DNA of 64,000 nt from Candidatus Latescibacterota bacterium (GCA_965217585.1 OZ244561.1:3872001-3936000), one strand, 5' to 3'; positions 1 through 13,949 are shown, counted from the first letter of the stretch. Program-made: numbers and translations. The notes: generated by a model not told the origin, from the letters alone.

Positions 1-130
1 TCGTGCGCCAGAAGGGGCTCGACGTCTGAGTTGAACATGCGTAGAGGCCCCGGCGTCAGTCCGCACGTATGCTTACAAACCAATATCGCAGCCGATCTAC
101 CCCTATGGTACTAGTTTAAGAGGATTTAGT

Positions 131-3391
<3,261 letters not shown>

Positions 3392-3405
3392 GCTTGGGGA
3401 GCAAT

Positions 3406-4863
3406 ATGACCGTCTGGGAAGTACTCTGTTTGGTGGTGTATGGCATCATTATTGCCGTTCTCGGCATTTATGGCTTCCATCGCTACCAGCTACTGCGCCT
3501 GTTTTATCGGCATCACCCAACCCCGGTTCCCGAACCCGATCGCTTTCCCAAGCTGCCCTCCGTCACGATTCAGCTACCTCTCTACAACGAATATCACGTG
3601 GTCGAGCGCCTGCTAGAGGCCGTGGGCCAGATCGACTATCCCCGCGACCGCCTACAAATTCAGATTCTCGACGATTCGCAGGACGAGACCTGCGACAAGG
3701 CGCGGGAAGGAGCTGCGCGGCTGTCGGCCCAAGAGCTAGATGTCGAGTACCTAGGCCGGACTCAGCGCCACGGCTTTAAGGCCGGGGCTTTGGCCGCCGG
3801 GCTAGAGCGCACCCAAGGCGAATTCGTGTTGGTGCTCGACGCCGATTTCGTGCCCCCCCCCGACATCCTACAACGGGCTATTCACTACTTCACTGACGAT
3901 TCCATCGGCATGGTGCAGATGCGTTGGGGGCATCTCAATCGCTCCTACTCGCTCCTGACGCGCATCCAGTCGATCTTCCTCGACGGCCATTTCGTCGTCG
4001 AGCACACGGCCCGCAACCGCTCAGGCCGCTTCTTCAACTTCAACGGCACCGCGGGGATCTGGCGCAAAAAGGCCATCTACGACGCCGGCGGCTGGCAGCA
4101 CGACACGCTCACCGAAGATCTCGACTTGAGCTACCGCGCTCAGCTAGCGGGCTGGCAGTTTCTCTATCTACCCGAAATTGAAGTGCCCGGCGAGATACCT
4201 ATCGAGATCAACGCCTTCAAGTCGCAACAGCACCGCTGGACCAAGGGCGCGGTACAGACGGCGAAGAAAGTGCTGCCGCGGATCTGGCGCTCTGCGCTAC
4301 CAGCCAAGATCAAGGTCGAGGCCACCTTCCATCTGACGGCCAACCTCTGCTACATTATGATGCTCTTGATGGGCCTGTTGACCCTGCCGGTGCTCTCCAT
4401 TCGCTCGCAACTCGGCTGGGAGCGGCTCTTGATTATCGACCTGCCGCTGTTTTCTTTTGCCACCATGGCCATTTCCGGCTTCTACATTACCTCCCAGCGC
4501 GTGCTCTACCCGGATTGGCGGCGGCAGATCAAGTATTTGCCCCTGCTGATGGCCATTGGCATGAGCCTCTGCATCAACAACACCCGGGCGGTGATCGAGG
4601 GCCTCGTCGGGTACCAAACCGGCTTCCACCGGACCCCCAAATACGGGCTTACCGGACGCCGCGACCAAGGCCAGCAGCGCAAGTACCTAAGCCGCTGGTC
4701 TCTGCTGTCTGTGGGCGAACTGGGCATGGCGCTCTACTTCGTCGTCGCCCTCTACCACGCCTATGCGACCGGCCTCTACTTGGGGATGCCCTTCCTGCTG
4801 CTCTTCCACGCCGGCTTTCTCTACACCGGCTTGCTCTCCAGCGGCCAGCGCTGGTTGCACTAG
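3406..4863 (+). CDS. GT2 processive glycosyltransferase (cellulose synthase/CslA-like), membrane-bound
   Basis: QLPLYNE, ILDDS, KAGAL, DADF, TEDLDL and QQHRW (QxxRW) motifs plus TM helices; ATG 3406 preceded by GGGGAG. Confidence 0.92.
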   Translation: MTVWEVLCLVVYGIIIAVLGIYGFHRYQLLRLFYRHHPTPVPEPDRFPKLPSVTIQLPLYNEYHVVERLLEAVGQIDYPRDRLQIQILDDSQDETCDKAREGAARLSAQELDVEYLGRTQRHGFKAGALAAGLERTQGEFVLVLDADFVPPPDILQRAIHYFTDDSIGMVQMRWGHLNRSYSLLTRIQSIFLDGHFVVEHTARNRSGRFFNFNGTAGIWRKKAIYDAGGWQHDTLTEDLDLSYRAQLAGWQFLYLPEIEVPGEIPIEINAFKSQQHRWTKGAVQTAKKVLPRIWRSALPAKIKVEATFHLTANLCYIMMLLMGLLTLPVLSIRSQLGWERLLIIDLPLFSFATMAISGFYITSQRVLYPDWRRQIKYLPLLMAIGMSLCINNTRAVIEGLVGYQTGFHRTPKYGLTGRRDQGQQRKYLSRWSLLSVGELGMALYFVVALYHAYATGLYLGMPFLLLFHAGFLYTGLLSSGQRWLH

Positions 4864-4905
4864 TTCAAGACCCGCCAGCCCTCTCCGAGCATAGCGTCCT
4901 AACAC

Positions 4906-4944
4906 AAAAAGCCCCCAACCTCAAAGGGCCGGGGGCTGGGGGGC
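4906..4944 (-). terminator. Probable intrinsic terminator between convergent genes
   Basis: Imperfect GC-rich stem (gcccccaacc / ggctggggggc) next to an A5 run that reads as a U-tract on the minus strand. Confidence 0.5.
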
Positions 4945-4969
4945 TGCATTTGTTTGAACACCGTCTAGA

Positions 4970-5443
4970 TCACTCGGGCCACTCTAGCGGAAAATCCGGC
5001 AATCTATGACGCTCCCACAAGACGCTCATGCCGTTGTGATGTCGCTTGGTGAATTTCTCGATGTGGCGCACGCCGATGTCCACATTGCTCTTCTCGCGCT
5101 TCATCTCGCGCCCCTTGTCCCCCGACAGCTCGATGGACTGCGACACCTTTTCGACATAGAGGTTGTGGGTCAAGCGCAGTTCGCGATATGGGAGATCTTT
5201 GGGTAAGGTTTGCAACTGCGCCACATAGTCGTTGATGAGCTGACGCGCCTCGACTAAATTCCGTTCGGAAATCTCGCTGATCGGCTTTCTCAGGTGTTCA
5301 ATGGTCCTGACAATCCGCTCATTTTTGTCGTCCAGCTTTTTCAACTCCGTCACATAAGCGATAAGCAGTTGCTTATCTTCCTCCTCGGTCCCGCAACCGC
5401 CCAGGCCAACCGCCAGCATCAGTATAGCCAGTTTCTTCAACAT
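4970..5443 (-). CDS. Hypothetical helical lipoprotein
   Basis: Signal peptide with lipobox MLKKLAILMLAVGLGGC; GGAGG SD upstream. Confidence 0.75.
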   Translation of the reverse strand: MLKKLAILMLAVGLGGCGTEEEDKQLLIAYVTELKKLDDKNERIVRTIEHLRKPISEISERNLVEARQLINDYVAQLQTLPKDLPYRELRLTHNLYVEKVSQSIELSGDKGREMKREKSNVDIGVRHIEKFTKRHHNGMSVLWERHRLPDFPLEWPE

Positions 5444-5537
5444 ATGGACCTCCCTGTAGGGGTGAGATTGTCTGTTTCGTCGGCCTCAAAATACGCCGCA
5501 GAGAGGCGAAAATCAAGCACTCTCTACTTCGGACCTA

Positions 5538-5566
5538 TTGACGGGGCTTATGCGGCCTCATAATAT
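5538..5566 (+). promoter_or_regulatory. Sigma70-type promoter for purC
   Basis: TTGACG-17 bp-TAATAT. Confidence 0.55.
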
Positions 5567-5610
5567 CAATTTTTTCGCATCCTACGCTCTTACTTGAGGA
5601 CATCTATTCC

Positions 5611-6579
5611 ATGTTAACTCGCGAGCAGATCCAATCCCAGCTCGGCAACTGCCTGTTAGAGGCCAAATTCCCCCAGTGGGAGTCGCGCTATAAGCGCGGC
5701 AAGGTGCGCGATATGTACTTGCTTGAAAACCATCGCGTGCTGATCACTACGGATCGCCAGAGCGCGTTCGACCACGTGCTCGGCACCATTCCTCTCAAGG
5801 GCCAAGTGCTCAACCGCATCGCCCAGTACTGGTTTGAGCAGACCCAAGACATCGCCCCTAATCAAGTCATCTCAGTGCCCGACGCCAACGTCACCATCGC
5901 CCGCGAGCTGGACATCCTGCCCGTCGAGGTGGTGGTGCGCAAGTATCTGACGGGCAGTTCGGACACCGCCATCTGGACCCATTACAACAGAGGCGTGCGC
6001 CACTATTGCGGCCACACTTTGCCCGACGGCATGGTCAAAAACCAGCCCTTCGACGAGGCGATCATCACGCCGACGACCAAGGACGAAGTCCACGACGAGC
6101 TGATTTCGCGCGACGAAATCATCGCCCAAGGCTTGGTGCCAGAAGACACCTGGACCCAAGTCGAGGAGATCGCCCTCGCGCTCTTTGCTCGCGGCGAGGC
6201 GCTAGCGGCCAAGCGAGGGTTAATCCTCGTCGATACCAAATACGAGATGGGGCTGGACGCGGACGGGCGCATCACGCTCGCCGACGAGATCCACACGCCC
6301 GACTCGTCGCGCTTCTGGATCAGAGACACCTACGCGGAACGCCACGCTCGCGGCGCAGAGCCCGAAAGCCTCGACAAGGAATTTTTGCGCCTTTGGCTCC
6401 GCGACAAGGGCATTTCCGATGACAATATCCCCGCACTCGACGACGAGATCCGCATCCAAGTTGCCGAGCGCTATATCGATCTTTTCCAACGGGTTACAGG
6501 CACTGACTTCGCAGCCGAACTCGGCGAAATGCCGATCTTGCAGCGCATCGAGGAGCGGATTGCGGAGTACCTCAACTAA
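5611..6579 (+). CDS. purC: SAICAR synthase
   Basis: GKVRDMY, TDRQSAFD, PVEVVVR, TPTTK, LVDTKYEMG, DEIHTPDSSRFW, DKEFLR motifs. Confidence 0.98.
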   Translation: MLTREQIQSQLGNCLLEAKFPQWESRYKRGKVRDMYLLENHRVLITTDRQSAFDHVLGTIPLKGQVLNRIAQYWFEQTQDIAPNQVISVPDANVTIARELDILPVEVVVRKYLTGSSDTAIWTHYNRGVRHYCGHTLPDGMVKNQPFDEAIITPTTKDEVHDELISRDEIIAQGLVPEDTWTQVEEIALALFARGEALAAKRGLILVDTKYEMGLDADGRITLADEIHTPDSSRFWIRDTYAERHARGAEPESLDKEFLRLWLRDKGISDDNIPALDDEIRIQVAERYIDLFQRVTGTDFAAELGEMPILQRIEERIAEYLN

Positions 6580-6651
6580 GGTGCGGAATTTGCGCTGGTG
6601 ATCTGCTTAGGAGTTTCGCCTCTCTTCCGGGAATGAAGCGATTAGAGAACC

Positions 6652-6837
6652 ATGGTCAAAAACTTGCTCCGCGCCTTCTTGGTCTTCCGCCTAGAGTTTC
6701 ACCAGCCCACCCTCACTTTCGAGGACATGCTGAGCTATTGGCGACGCGCGCCCATCGTCCAGTACGTGGTTGAAAACGACGATGAGCAGCGCAGCAGTGC
6801 GCTTAAGCGCAGGCTCGACGAGGTCTATCCCTTCTAA
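6652..6837 (+). CDS. Small hypothetical protein (61 aa)
   Basis: ATG start; stop overlaps the next start (TAATG). Confidence 0.55.
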   Translation: MVKNLLRAFLVFRLEFHQPTLTFEDMLSYWRRAPIVQYVVENDDEQRSSALKRRLDEVYPF

Positions 6838-7115
6838 TGCTGCATCGCCAGCTCAGAAACGCCTTGGAGGAAATTTTCGGCGCATCCTTTGTCGCCGAGG
6901 CACTCGCCAACGCGCCCATTGCCCAGGTTGTCCTCTACGAGCGACGCGAGGATTTCAAAAAGGCCGTCCTCGGCTTCCAGCGGATCAATTTTCGCGACGA
7001 ACACACCGCTTATGCCACGGCCTTGGAGCGCGAGTTGGGCATCGCCCTGATTTGCGCCCTCCTCGACAACGACACGCGCGCGCTGGTTTCCGACCTCGGT
7101 CTCAACTATCTATGA
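6837..7115 (+). CDS. Small hypothetical protein (92 aa)
   Basis: Coupled at both ends (TAATG upstream, ATGA with rhaB); protein-like composition. Confidence 0.7.
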   Translation: MLHRQLRNALEEIFGASFVAEALANAPIAQVVLYERREDFKKAVLGFQRINFRDEHTAYATALERELGIALICALLDNDTRALVSDLGLNYL

Positions 7116-8581
7116 GCAAGCTCCTCGCCTTTGACCTAGGAGCCGAGAGTGGCCGCGCCATCGTCGGGCATTTCGACGGCGAGCGCCTAGCGCTAGAAGA
7201 GTTGCACCGCTTTGCGAACGGTCCGGTTCAAGTCTTCGATCGTCTCTACTGGGACCCTTTGCGCCTCTTCGCCGATATGAAACAGGGCCTCGGTCTGTTT
7301 GCCCGCGCACACGGCAAGGCACTCGATGCCATTGGCGTCGATACTTGGGGAGTTGATTTCGCCCTCCTCGGGCCTGGGGACGTGCTCTTGGACAATCCGC
7401 GCAACTACCGCGACCCGCGCACCGACGGCATGTTAGAGGAAGCCTTTGCACGGGTGCCGCGCGAGGAAATTTTCGCGCGCACCGGCGTGCAGTTTTTGAA
7501 GCTCAACACCTTGTATCAACTGCTTTCGCTGCGCGACTCGCCCTTGCTGGAATGGGCGCGGACCTTCCTGATGATGGCCGACCTTTTCAATTTTTATTTT
7601 ACGGGCACCAAGACCTGCGAATTTTCCAACGCCACTACCACCCAGTTCTACGATCCGCGCCAAGGCACTTGGTCGGTCGAACTCCTAGAAGGACTGGGGC
7701 TGCCGACCCACTTTCTTCCCCAGATCGTCCAGCCCGGAACCCGCATAGGCTCGCTCCTGCCTTCTATTGCTGCTGAAGTAGGGCTCAATTCGGTCCCGGT
7801 CATCGCTCCAGCTACTCACGATACGGGCGCGGCCGTGGCCGCCGTGCCCGCCGAAGTCCGCGACTACGCCTATATCAGCTCGGGAACTTGGTCGCTGATG
7901 GGCGTCGAGCTCGACCAACCGCTCATTAGCCACCAAGCATTCCAGTACAATTTCACCAACGAAGGGGGCGTCGGGCCGACCTACCGCTTCCTCAAAAATA
8001 TCATGGGGCTGTGGCTGATACAGGAGTGCCGGCGCGCTTGGCAGCGCGAAGGCCGCTCCTTTTCCTACGACGAGCTGGCGGCCATGGCCCAAAGCGCTGC
8101 ACCCTTTACCGCTTTCGTCGAGCCGGACGCCGAGTGCTTTCTCGCGCCGGGCGACATGCCCGCCAGAATCCGCGCCTATTGCCAAGAGACGGGCCAAGCC
8201 ATTCCAGCCGACGAGGGGCACGTCGCGCGCGTGGCCCTCGAAAGCCTAGCGTTTAAGTACCGCTACGTGCTCGACGCGTTAGAGACCATTCTCGGCCGCC
8301 GCCTCGAATGCATCCACATAGTCGGCGGCGGGATCCAAAACCGCCTGCTCTGCCAGTTTACCGCCTCGGCTACTGGTCGTCCGGTCGTCGCCGGGCCGCT
8401 TGAAGCTACGGCCATCGGCAATTTAATGCTCCAGCTCATGGGCCTAGGCCAGATGTCTTCGCTGGCCGAAATCCGCCAAGTCGTGCGCCACTCCTTCGCG
8501 CCCGTTGTGTACGAGCCGGAACAAGCCGCGGCTTGGGACGCGGCCTACGACCGCTTCCGCCCGCTGCTCCCCCCAGCCTGA
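7112..8581 (+). CDS. rhaB: Rhamnulokinase-family FGGY sugar kinase
   Basis: LAFDLGAESGR, IGVDTWGVDF, HDTGAAV, YISSGTWSL, TNEGG, LKNIMGLW, EATAIGN; start corrected to ATG 7112. Confidence 0.9.
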   Translation: MSKLLAFDLGAESGRAIVGHFDGERLALEELHRFANGPVQVFDRLYWDPLRLFADMKQGLGLFARAHGKALDAIGVDTWGVDFALLGPGDVLLDNPRNYRDPRTDGMLEEAFARVPREEIFARTGVQFLKLNTLYQLLSLRDSPLLEWARTFLMMADLFNFYFTGTKTCEFSNATTTQFYDPRQGTWSVELLEGLGLPTHFLPQIVQPGTRIGSLLPSIAAEVGLNSVPVIAPATHDTGAAVAAVPAEVRDYAYISSGTWSLMGVELDQPLISHQAFQYNFTNEGGVGPTYRFLKNIMGLWLIQECRRAWQREGRSFSYDELAAMAQSAAPFTAFVEPDAECFLAPGDMPARIRAYCQETGQAIPADEGHVARVALESLAFKYRYVLDALETILGRRLECIHIVGGGIQNRLLCQFTASATGRPVVAGPLEATAIGNLMLQLMGLGQMSSLAEIRQVVRHSFAPVVYEPEQAAAWDAAYDRFRPLLPPA

Positions 8582-8660
8582 TTTCGGGCTGGAACCGCGC
8601 TCTTCCTCGGTAGTCCTACTTAAGAACCTGTCGTTTCTCTTTTTATCGTTTGAGCTACTT

Positions 8661-9509
8661 ATGGGAAAAAGCAGCCTCGATTCGCGAGGTCTGACCGAGT
8701 CCTATTGGCGCGACATTCAGCACTTTCAACCGCTGAGCCGCCAACGAGAGATCGAGCTGGTGCATAGAGCGCGCGCTGGCGACGAGCGCGCCATGCACCA
8801 GATGGTCGAAGCCAACTTGCGCTTTGTCGTCCGCATCGCGAGGGGGTACCACGGGCGCGGGCTTTCCTTTATGGAGTTGATTTCCGAGGGCAACCTCGGG
8901 CTGCTGGAAGCGGTTCAGCGCTTTGACGAGACCCGCGGCTTTAAGTTCATCACCTATGCGGTATGGTGGATTCGCCAAGCCATCCTCCGGGCCTTAGCCG
9001 AACACGGCAAAATTGCTCGCCCGCCGCTGAGCCGGGTCAATGACCTGCAAAAGGTCGAGCGATGGACGGGTATCCTCGCCCAAAAACTGGGGCGCAATCC
9101 CACCCCCGAGGAAATCGCCAACAGCGCCGAATTATCGCTGGAGAGGACGCACAATGCCCTTCACATGGCCCAGCCCGATATCTCTATGGACGTGGCGATC
9201 GTGCCCGATGAAAGGGAGCCGCTGATGGCGACCTTCGCGGCTTGCACTCCCGATCCGGCCGATTGCTATGAGCGCGCCGCACTTTCCCATACCCTGCATG
9301 CGTGCCTCGACCTGCTCGACCGGCGCGAACGCCTAGTCGTCCGCGCCTATTTCGGCCTCGACGACCAAGAGCCCCAGACGCTGGAGCAAATCGGCGTGCA
9401 ATTGGGCCTCACGCGAGAGCGAGTGCGCCAGATCAGGGACGAAGCCCTCGATAAAATGCGAATTCACGCTGGTGATCTACTGCTCGAGCTTTGCAACAAT
9501 CCCGTGTAG
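8661..9509 (+). CDS. RpoD/SigA-family sigma-70 factor lacking region 1.1
   Basis: ANLRFVV, LISEGNLGL, FDETRGFKFITYAVWWIRQAI, TLEQIG..LGLTRERVRQI. Confidence 0.93.
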   Translation: MGKSSLDSRGLTESYWRDIQHFQPLSRQREIELVHRARAGDERAMHQMVEANLRFVVRIARGYHGRGLSFMELISEGNLGLLEAVQRFDETRGFKFITYAVWWIRQAILRALAEHGKIARPPLSRVNDLQKVERWTGILAQKLGRNPTPEEIANSAELSLERTHNALHMAQPDISMDVAIVPDEREPLMATFAACTPDPADCYERAALSHTLHACLDLLDRRERLVVRAYFGLDDQEPQTLEQIGVQLGLTRERVRQIRDEALDKMRIHAGDLLLELCNNPV

Positions 9510-9645
9510 CAAGACGACCCGCTCTCGCTGTGCGAGGCGGATCGCGATATGCGACAAAGGGCTTGATTGAGCGCGGCAAAAGGCTTTCTTTTTTAAATAG
9601 TTATAGAACTATGAAATAGCATTCTCATAGGATAAAGAGACCCTG

Positions 9646-10473
9646 ATGTCTTACAACTTAGCCGATCTCCACATGCATTCTCTGTGCTCTGACGGGTTGC
9701 GGACACCGACCGAAGCAGTCAAAGAGGCCTGTGAAGCGGGCTTGCAAGCGATGAGTTTGACCGATCACGACACAGTCAAAGGCGTCCCCGAAGCCACTGC
9801 GGCCGGCGAGCGTATGCATATGGAAGTGGTGCCCGGTACCGAGTTGAGCGCCCACATCCGGGACCGCGAAGTACACATTCTCGCCTACTGCATCGACTAC
9901 CAAGACGACCAACTCGGCACGACCCTCGCCAAGTCTTTTCAAGCCCGCTACCAGCGGGGGATTGCCATCGTCAAAGCGCTCAACAGCATCGGGCTGACCG
10001 TCAGCCTAGACGACGTGCTCTCCCAAGCCAACGGCAGCCCCCTCGGGCGACCGCACATCGCTGCGGCCATGGTGCAAAACGGCCTAGTAGCCGACAAGGA
10101 CGAAGCCTTCAGCCGCTACATCGGCGACCACGGACCGGCCTTTCAGCCTAAGCCCTACGCCGCAGCCAAAGACCTCATCGCCCTCATCCATCGCACGGGG
10201 GGCGTGGCCGTGCTCGCCCATCCTAGCATCAGCCTCCCCGAGTCCATCATCGAGCAGTTAGTCGCCTACGGGCTCGACGGCATTGAGGTCTTCCATCCGG
10301 CCCACCAGCCAGCGCAAATGGAGTTTTACGACCAACTCGCTGACCGCTACGGCCTGATCAAGTCGGGAGGCTCCGATAGCCACGGTGACAGCGAGGGCAC
10401 CCGCATCGGCGACTACGGAGTCGGCTACGAAGTAATCGAGGCCATGCGCGAGCGGGCCGCTACCTATGCTTAA
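9646..10473 (+). CDS. PHP-domain metal-dependent phosphoesterase (TrpH/YciV-like)
   Basis: DLHMHSLCSDG, LTDHDT, GRPHIA, VLAHP, GGSDSHG. Confidence 0.93.
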   Translation: MSYNLADLHMHSLCSDGLRTPTEAVKEACEAGLQAMSLTDHDTVKGVPEATAAGERMHMEVVPGTELSAHIRDREVHILAYCIDYQDDQLGTTLAKSFQARYQRGIAIVKALNSIGLTVSLDDVLSQANGSPLGRPHIAAAMVQNGLVADKDEAFSRYIGDHGPAFQPKPYAAAKDLIALIHRTGGVAVLAHPSISLPESIIEQLVAYGLDGIEVFHPAHQPAQMEFYDQLADRYGLIKSGGSDSHGDSEGTRIGDYGVGYEVIEAMRERAATYA

Positions 10474-10512
10474 GTGGCCCAATCACTGGCCCGCAGTGAA
10501 AATGCTCGCTCG

Positions 10513-12177
10513 ATGACCTATTTCTTTTTTCGGCAGGCTGTCCTCTTTGCTTTTTCGCTGCTCGTCCTCGCGCTGCATCTATCGCCCAGCTATGCACTTC
10601 GGCCTCAGCGCTTCCACCAAGCAGCCGAGCCTATTCGCGGGCTCTTCGGCACTTCAATAGGCGACATCGTCTGGAGCGGACGCTATCTATGGGTCGGCAC
10701 CGAGAGTGGGGTGGCGCGGCTCGATCCGGCGCAAAGCAGCGGCCTCAACTCTACGGACTGGGTCACCTTTACCGAGCTCAACGGCCTCGGCCGCGGCGCG
10801 ATCAGCGCCCTCGACGCGGTCGGCGATACCGTGTGGGTAGCAACTTTGGTTGACTCGGTCACCGCCGGACAGGGCGTGAAGCAAGCGGGCACTGGGTTGA
10901 GTTTTTCCCACGACGGCGGCGACTCCTGGCACCACATTCCCAACGAGTTCATTTTCGACCCCACCAAGGCCGGTTTTGAGCGCGGCCCCGGTACGCCCAT
11001 TGACAATGCTTGTTTTGACATCTCCATCGACGGGGAGGCCGTGTACGCCGCCTTTTTCGCCGGCTCTACCGTGCGTTCGCTCGACCAAGGCCGCACTTGG
11101 GAACCCTTCTTGCCCGGCGGCGCAGACGAGATCGTCTTCTTTGCCAGCGAAACGGCGGCCGACAGCTTGCGAATTGTGGCCGACAGTCTCGCACGTGAAA
11201 ACGCCGATCCAAGCAACATCGCCCCGTTGCGCACGGCCGCCGACAGCTTGGCTAGCCAAGAATTCCTACACCGCACCTTTGCGGTTATCGCTTACGGGGA
11301 TACGGTGTGGATCGGCACTGCCAGCGGCATCGCCTTCTCCTTTGATGGAGGCCAGCATTGGCAAAACGCCAAAGTGCGCCTCGGCGAAGAGGGCACTCCC
11401 CTTCCAGGCCATCCGGCTGGCAACTGGGTCGTCGCTCTCGAACGCCAAATACTGCCAAATGGCAGTAGTGCCATCTGGGCGGGAACCAGTACTACCACGT
11501 TGCCCGGCCAAACCCAAGCCATCAGCGTCAGCCGCGACCTCGGCCAGACCTGGGGCCACACTGGGCCGACTTTTGCTTGGGACTTTGCTTTTACCTCCAA
11601 TTTTGTTTGGGCCGGCACCGACCAAGGGCTGCTAGCTAGCCCAGACCCAACCCTACCGACCGACTCAGAACGCGTCTGGGACACCATAGAGGTCGTCGAT
11701 GGACAGCCCCTGACCGGCACCTTTGTCGGGCTTGCAGGGGTGGGCGATGTGCTCTGGGCGGGGGCCGAGCATGGCCTCGGGCGCTCCGAGGACGAAGGGA
11801 AGACCTGGCGCGTCATCCGCGACCTGATCCGCACGCGCACGCTCGACGAAGGTGCCTTCGTCAGCGCCGGAGGCGTGCCCGACAGCACGGCCCTCGCGTA
11901 CGCAGCACCCAATCCTTTCGCTCCCTCGCGCGAAACGACGACCATCGTCTTTAGCCTGTCACAGGATGCAGAGGTATCTGTTGCGATCTACGACTTTGCT
12001 AGCGGCCTAGTCCGCGACCTTGCGGCAGACGCACCCTTTGCCGGCGGCCTCGATCACCGCATCCTTTGGGATGGCCTCGATCAAGACGGCCAACTGGTAG
12101 CCAATGGCACGTACTTTTACCGCATTGCCCTCAACACCGGTCAACAGGCCTTTGGCAGAGTAGTGGTGCTCGATTGA
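10513..12177 (+). CDS. Secreted BNR/Asp-box beta-propeller protein with C-terminal FlgD-Ig/T9SS-like sorting domain
   Basis: Signal peptide; repeated SxDGGxxW/SxDxGxTW Asp-boxes; C-terminal APNPF...WDGLDQDGQLVANGTYFYRI; start could be GTG 10474. Confidence 0.8.
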   Translation: MTYFFFRQAVLFAFSLLVLALHLSPSYALRPQRFHQAAEPIRGLFGTSIGDIVWSGRYLWVGTESGVARLDPAQSSGLNSTDWVTFTELNGLGRGAISALDAVGDTVWVATLVDSVTAGQGVKQAGTGLSFSHDGGDSWHHIPNEFIFDPTKAGFERGPGTPIDNACFDISIDGEAVYAAFFAGSTVRSLDQGRTWEPFLPGGADEIVFFASETAADSLRIVADSLARENADPSNIAPLRTAADSLASQEFLHRTFAVIAYGDTVWIGTASGIAFSFDGGQHWQNAKVRLGEEGTPLPGHPAGNWVVALERQILPNGSSAIWAGTSTTTLPGQTQAISVSRDLGQTWGHTGPTFAWDFAFTSNFVWAGTDQGLLASPDPTLPTDSERVWDTIEVVDGQPLTGTFVGLAGVGDVLWAGAEHGLGRSEDEGKTWRVIRDLIRTRTLDEGAFVSAGGVPDSTALAYAAPNPFAPSRETTTIVFSLSQDAEVSVAIYDFASGLVRDLAADAPFAGGLDHRILWDGLDQDGQLVANGTYFYRIALNTGQQAFGRVVVLD

Positions 12178-13088
12178 AAACGCTCTTCGCTCTATTACTC
12201 GCGGCCTCCACTGCGCACGGGGCCGATTTTGCCGCCGCCTTTCTCAGAGCGGGGCTGGGCGCCCGCGGCCTAGGACTGGGAGCCTTTGTCGCCGCTGCCG
12301 ACGACGCGTCGTCTCCCTACTGGAATCCAGCCGGCCTCGCTCGCCTGCGCGGCAAGACCCTAGAGACCTCCATGCAGTCGCTCTCGCTGGGGCGGCGGCA
12401 AGGCAGTGCCGCTATTGCGTTCAACGTTCGCGGCGACATGGGCTTTGGCTTTGCTTGGTCGCATGCCGCAGTCGGCGGGATCAAGGGTCGCACGGCCAGT
12501 GGCCAATACACTGGGCCAATCGAGGATCAAGCCAATGCTTTTATCTTCGGGATCGGTCGCTCCCTTGGGCCGCGCCTTGCGGTTGGTTTGGCCGTTAAAA
12601 TCCTCAAGCAGAGCATCAACATTCCCTCAGCTCCCAAGGCCACGGCCAACGGCAGCGGCTTCGACTTGGGGGTGCAGTTCCGCGCGGCCGAGCATACTTG
12701 GCTCGGGGCCGGCGTATCCAATCTCAGCACCGACCTAGCCTGGAAGGTGCGGCGCGCCGACCAGCAGTCGAGCACCACTGAGAACGCCCTGCCGCGCAGT
12801 CTCGTCTTTGGCGCGGCACATCGGCTTTTGGACGCCCTGCTGCTAGCCGCTGAGCTCCGTTCCGACGGGGAACAGAGCGTCAACCTCGGGGCCGAGTGGC
12901 AGCTAAGTGCGCTGCTCGTGATGCGCGGCGGCCTGCACCGCCTCGGCACCGAAGACGGGGGCCAACTCTCGGCTGGTCTGACCTTGCGCCCGGCGCGCCG
13001 CGAGACCGTGCAGTTTCAATACGCTTACTTAACCGACCCCCTCGGCGCTGGAGGCCGCACGACCGTGGGGCTGGCGCTGGCGTTCTGA
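12174..13088 (+). CDS. PorV/PorQ-family (UPF0164) outer-membrane beta-barrel
   Basis: FLRAGLGARGLGLG, DDASSPYWNPAGLA, DLGVQF, NLGAEW, C-terminal F; TTG start overlapping the upstream TGA gives signal peptide MKTLFALLLAASTAHG. Confidence 0.8.
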   Translation: MKTLFALLLAASTAHGADFAAAFLRAGLGARGLGLGAFVAAADDASSPYWNPAGLARLRGKTLETSMQSLSLGRRQGSAAIAFNVRGDMGFGFAWSHAAVGGIKGRTASGQYTGPIEDQANAFIFGIGRSLGPRLAVGLAVKILKQSINIPSAPKATANGSGFDLGVQFRAAEHTWLGAGVSNLSTDLAWKVRRADQQSSTTENALPRSLVFGAAHRLLDALLLAAELRSDGEQSVNLGAEWQLSALLVMRGGLHRLGTEDGGQLSAGLTLRPARRETVQFQYAYLTDPLGAGGRTTVGLALAF

Positions 13089-13091
13089 CAA

Positions 13092-13949
13092 GTGATGGCT
13101 CTCTTATTGATTGCGCTTTTAACTCTGCCCACGGCCCTCACCGCCGCCGGCCTGCCCGCGCTGCGCCAAGGCGGCGGGGCCCGCGCTGCGGGCTTGGCCG
13201 GCGCGGAGACTGCCCTATTCGCCGCCCAAGCCCGCAACCCAGCAGCCCGACAATCGCGTGGGCGCAGCGTCGCCTTTAGCCACCAAGCCTCGATCCAGAA
13301 TATCCGCCAGAATCACTTGCACCTTACGCAAGCCCGCGGCCGCGGCACTTGGGGGCTTTCCGCCCAACTGTTACACGACGACAGCCTAGAGCGCCGCACC
13401 GGCCCCTCGGCTGAGCCATTGGGACACTTCGGCGTGTACGAGGGAGCGGTTGGCTTGAGCTACGCCCGCCAGATGGAGCGGACGCGCCTCGGCTGGCAGC
13501 TAAACTTCATCCGCCAGTCCATTTTTACCCAAAACGCCAGCGGCTTGGCCGCTGATTTCGGGCTGCTGTGCGATGTTTCGGCCCGTTTGCGCTTGGGGGC
13601 CACGGTGCGCAACTTGGGCCGCATGAACCGCCTCGACCGACGGGAGACCGACCTGCCCTTAGAAGCTCGTTTAGGCGCCGCTTATGTCGGCCGCACAGAC
13701 ATGCTCGTGACTGTCGAAGCTCAGAAGGCTCGCGGCGGCGACCTCACGCTGCATCTGGGCGGCGAGTACCGGGCCGGTGAGCACCTGCGCCTGCGCGCAG
13801 GCTACCAGAGCACTGAAAACCGCAGCATCGCGGCCGGGCTAGGCCTCGTGGCTAAGCACTGGGTCATCGACTACGCCTATGTGCCCTTTGGCTCGGGCTT
13901 GGGCGACGCGCACTGGCTCAGCCTCCAGTTGGAAAGCGCAAACCCTTGA
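13092..13949 (+). CDS. PorV/PorQ-family (UPF0164) outer-membrane beta-barrel
   Basis: GGGARAAGLAGA..NPA, ADFG, VRNLG, LHLGGEY, LRAGY, IDYAYVPFGSGLGDAH. Confidence 0.8.
   Translation: MMALLLIALLTLPTALTAAGLPALRQGGGARAAGLAGAETALFAAQARNPAARQSRGRSVAFSHQASIQNIRQNHLHLTQARGRGTWGLSAQLLHDDSLERRTGPSAEPLGHFGVYEGAVGLSYARQMERTRLGWQLNFIRQSIFTQNASGLAADFGLLCDVSARLRLGATVRNLGRMNRLDRRETDLPLEARLGAAYVGRTDMLVTVEAQKARGGDLTLHLGGEYRAGEHLRLRAGYQSTENRSIAAGLGLVAKHWVIDYAYVPFGSGLGDAHWLSLQLESANP

Noticed and set aside
6770-7111. N-terminal extensions in the ORF track (rhaB; also 8505, 12066, 14572, 26512, 57861, 60858, 61823, 63203)
   Set aside because: They overlap upstream genes and look non-protein-like; homology or signal peptides start at downstream codons
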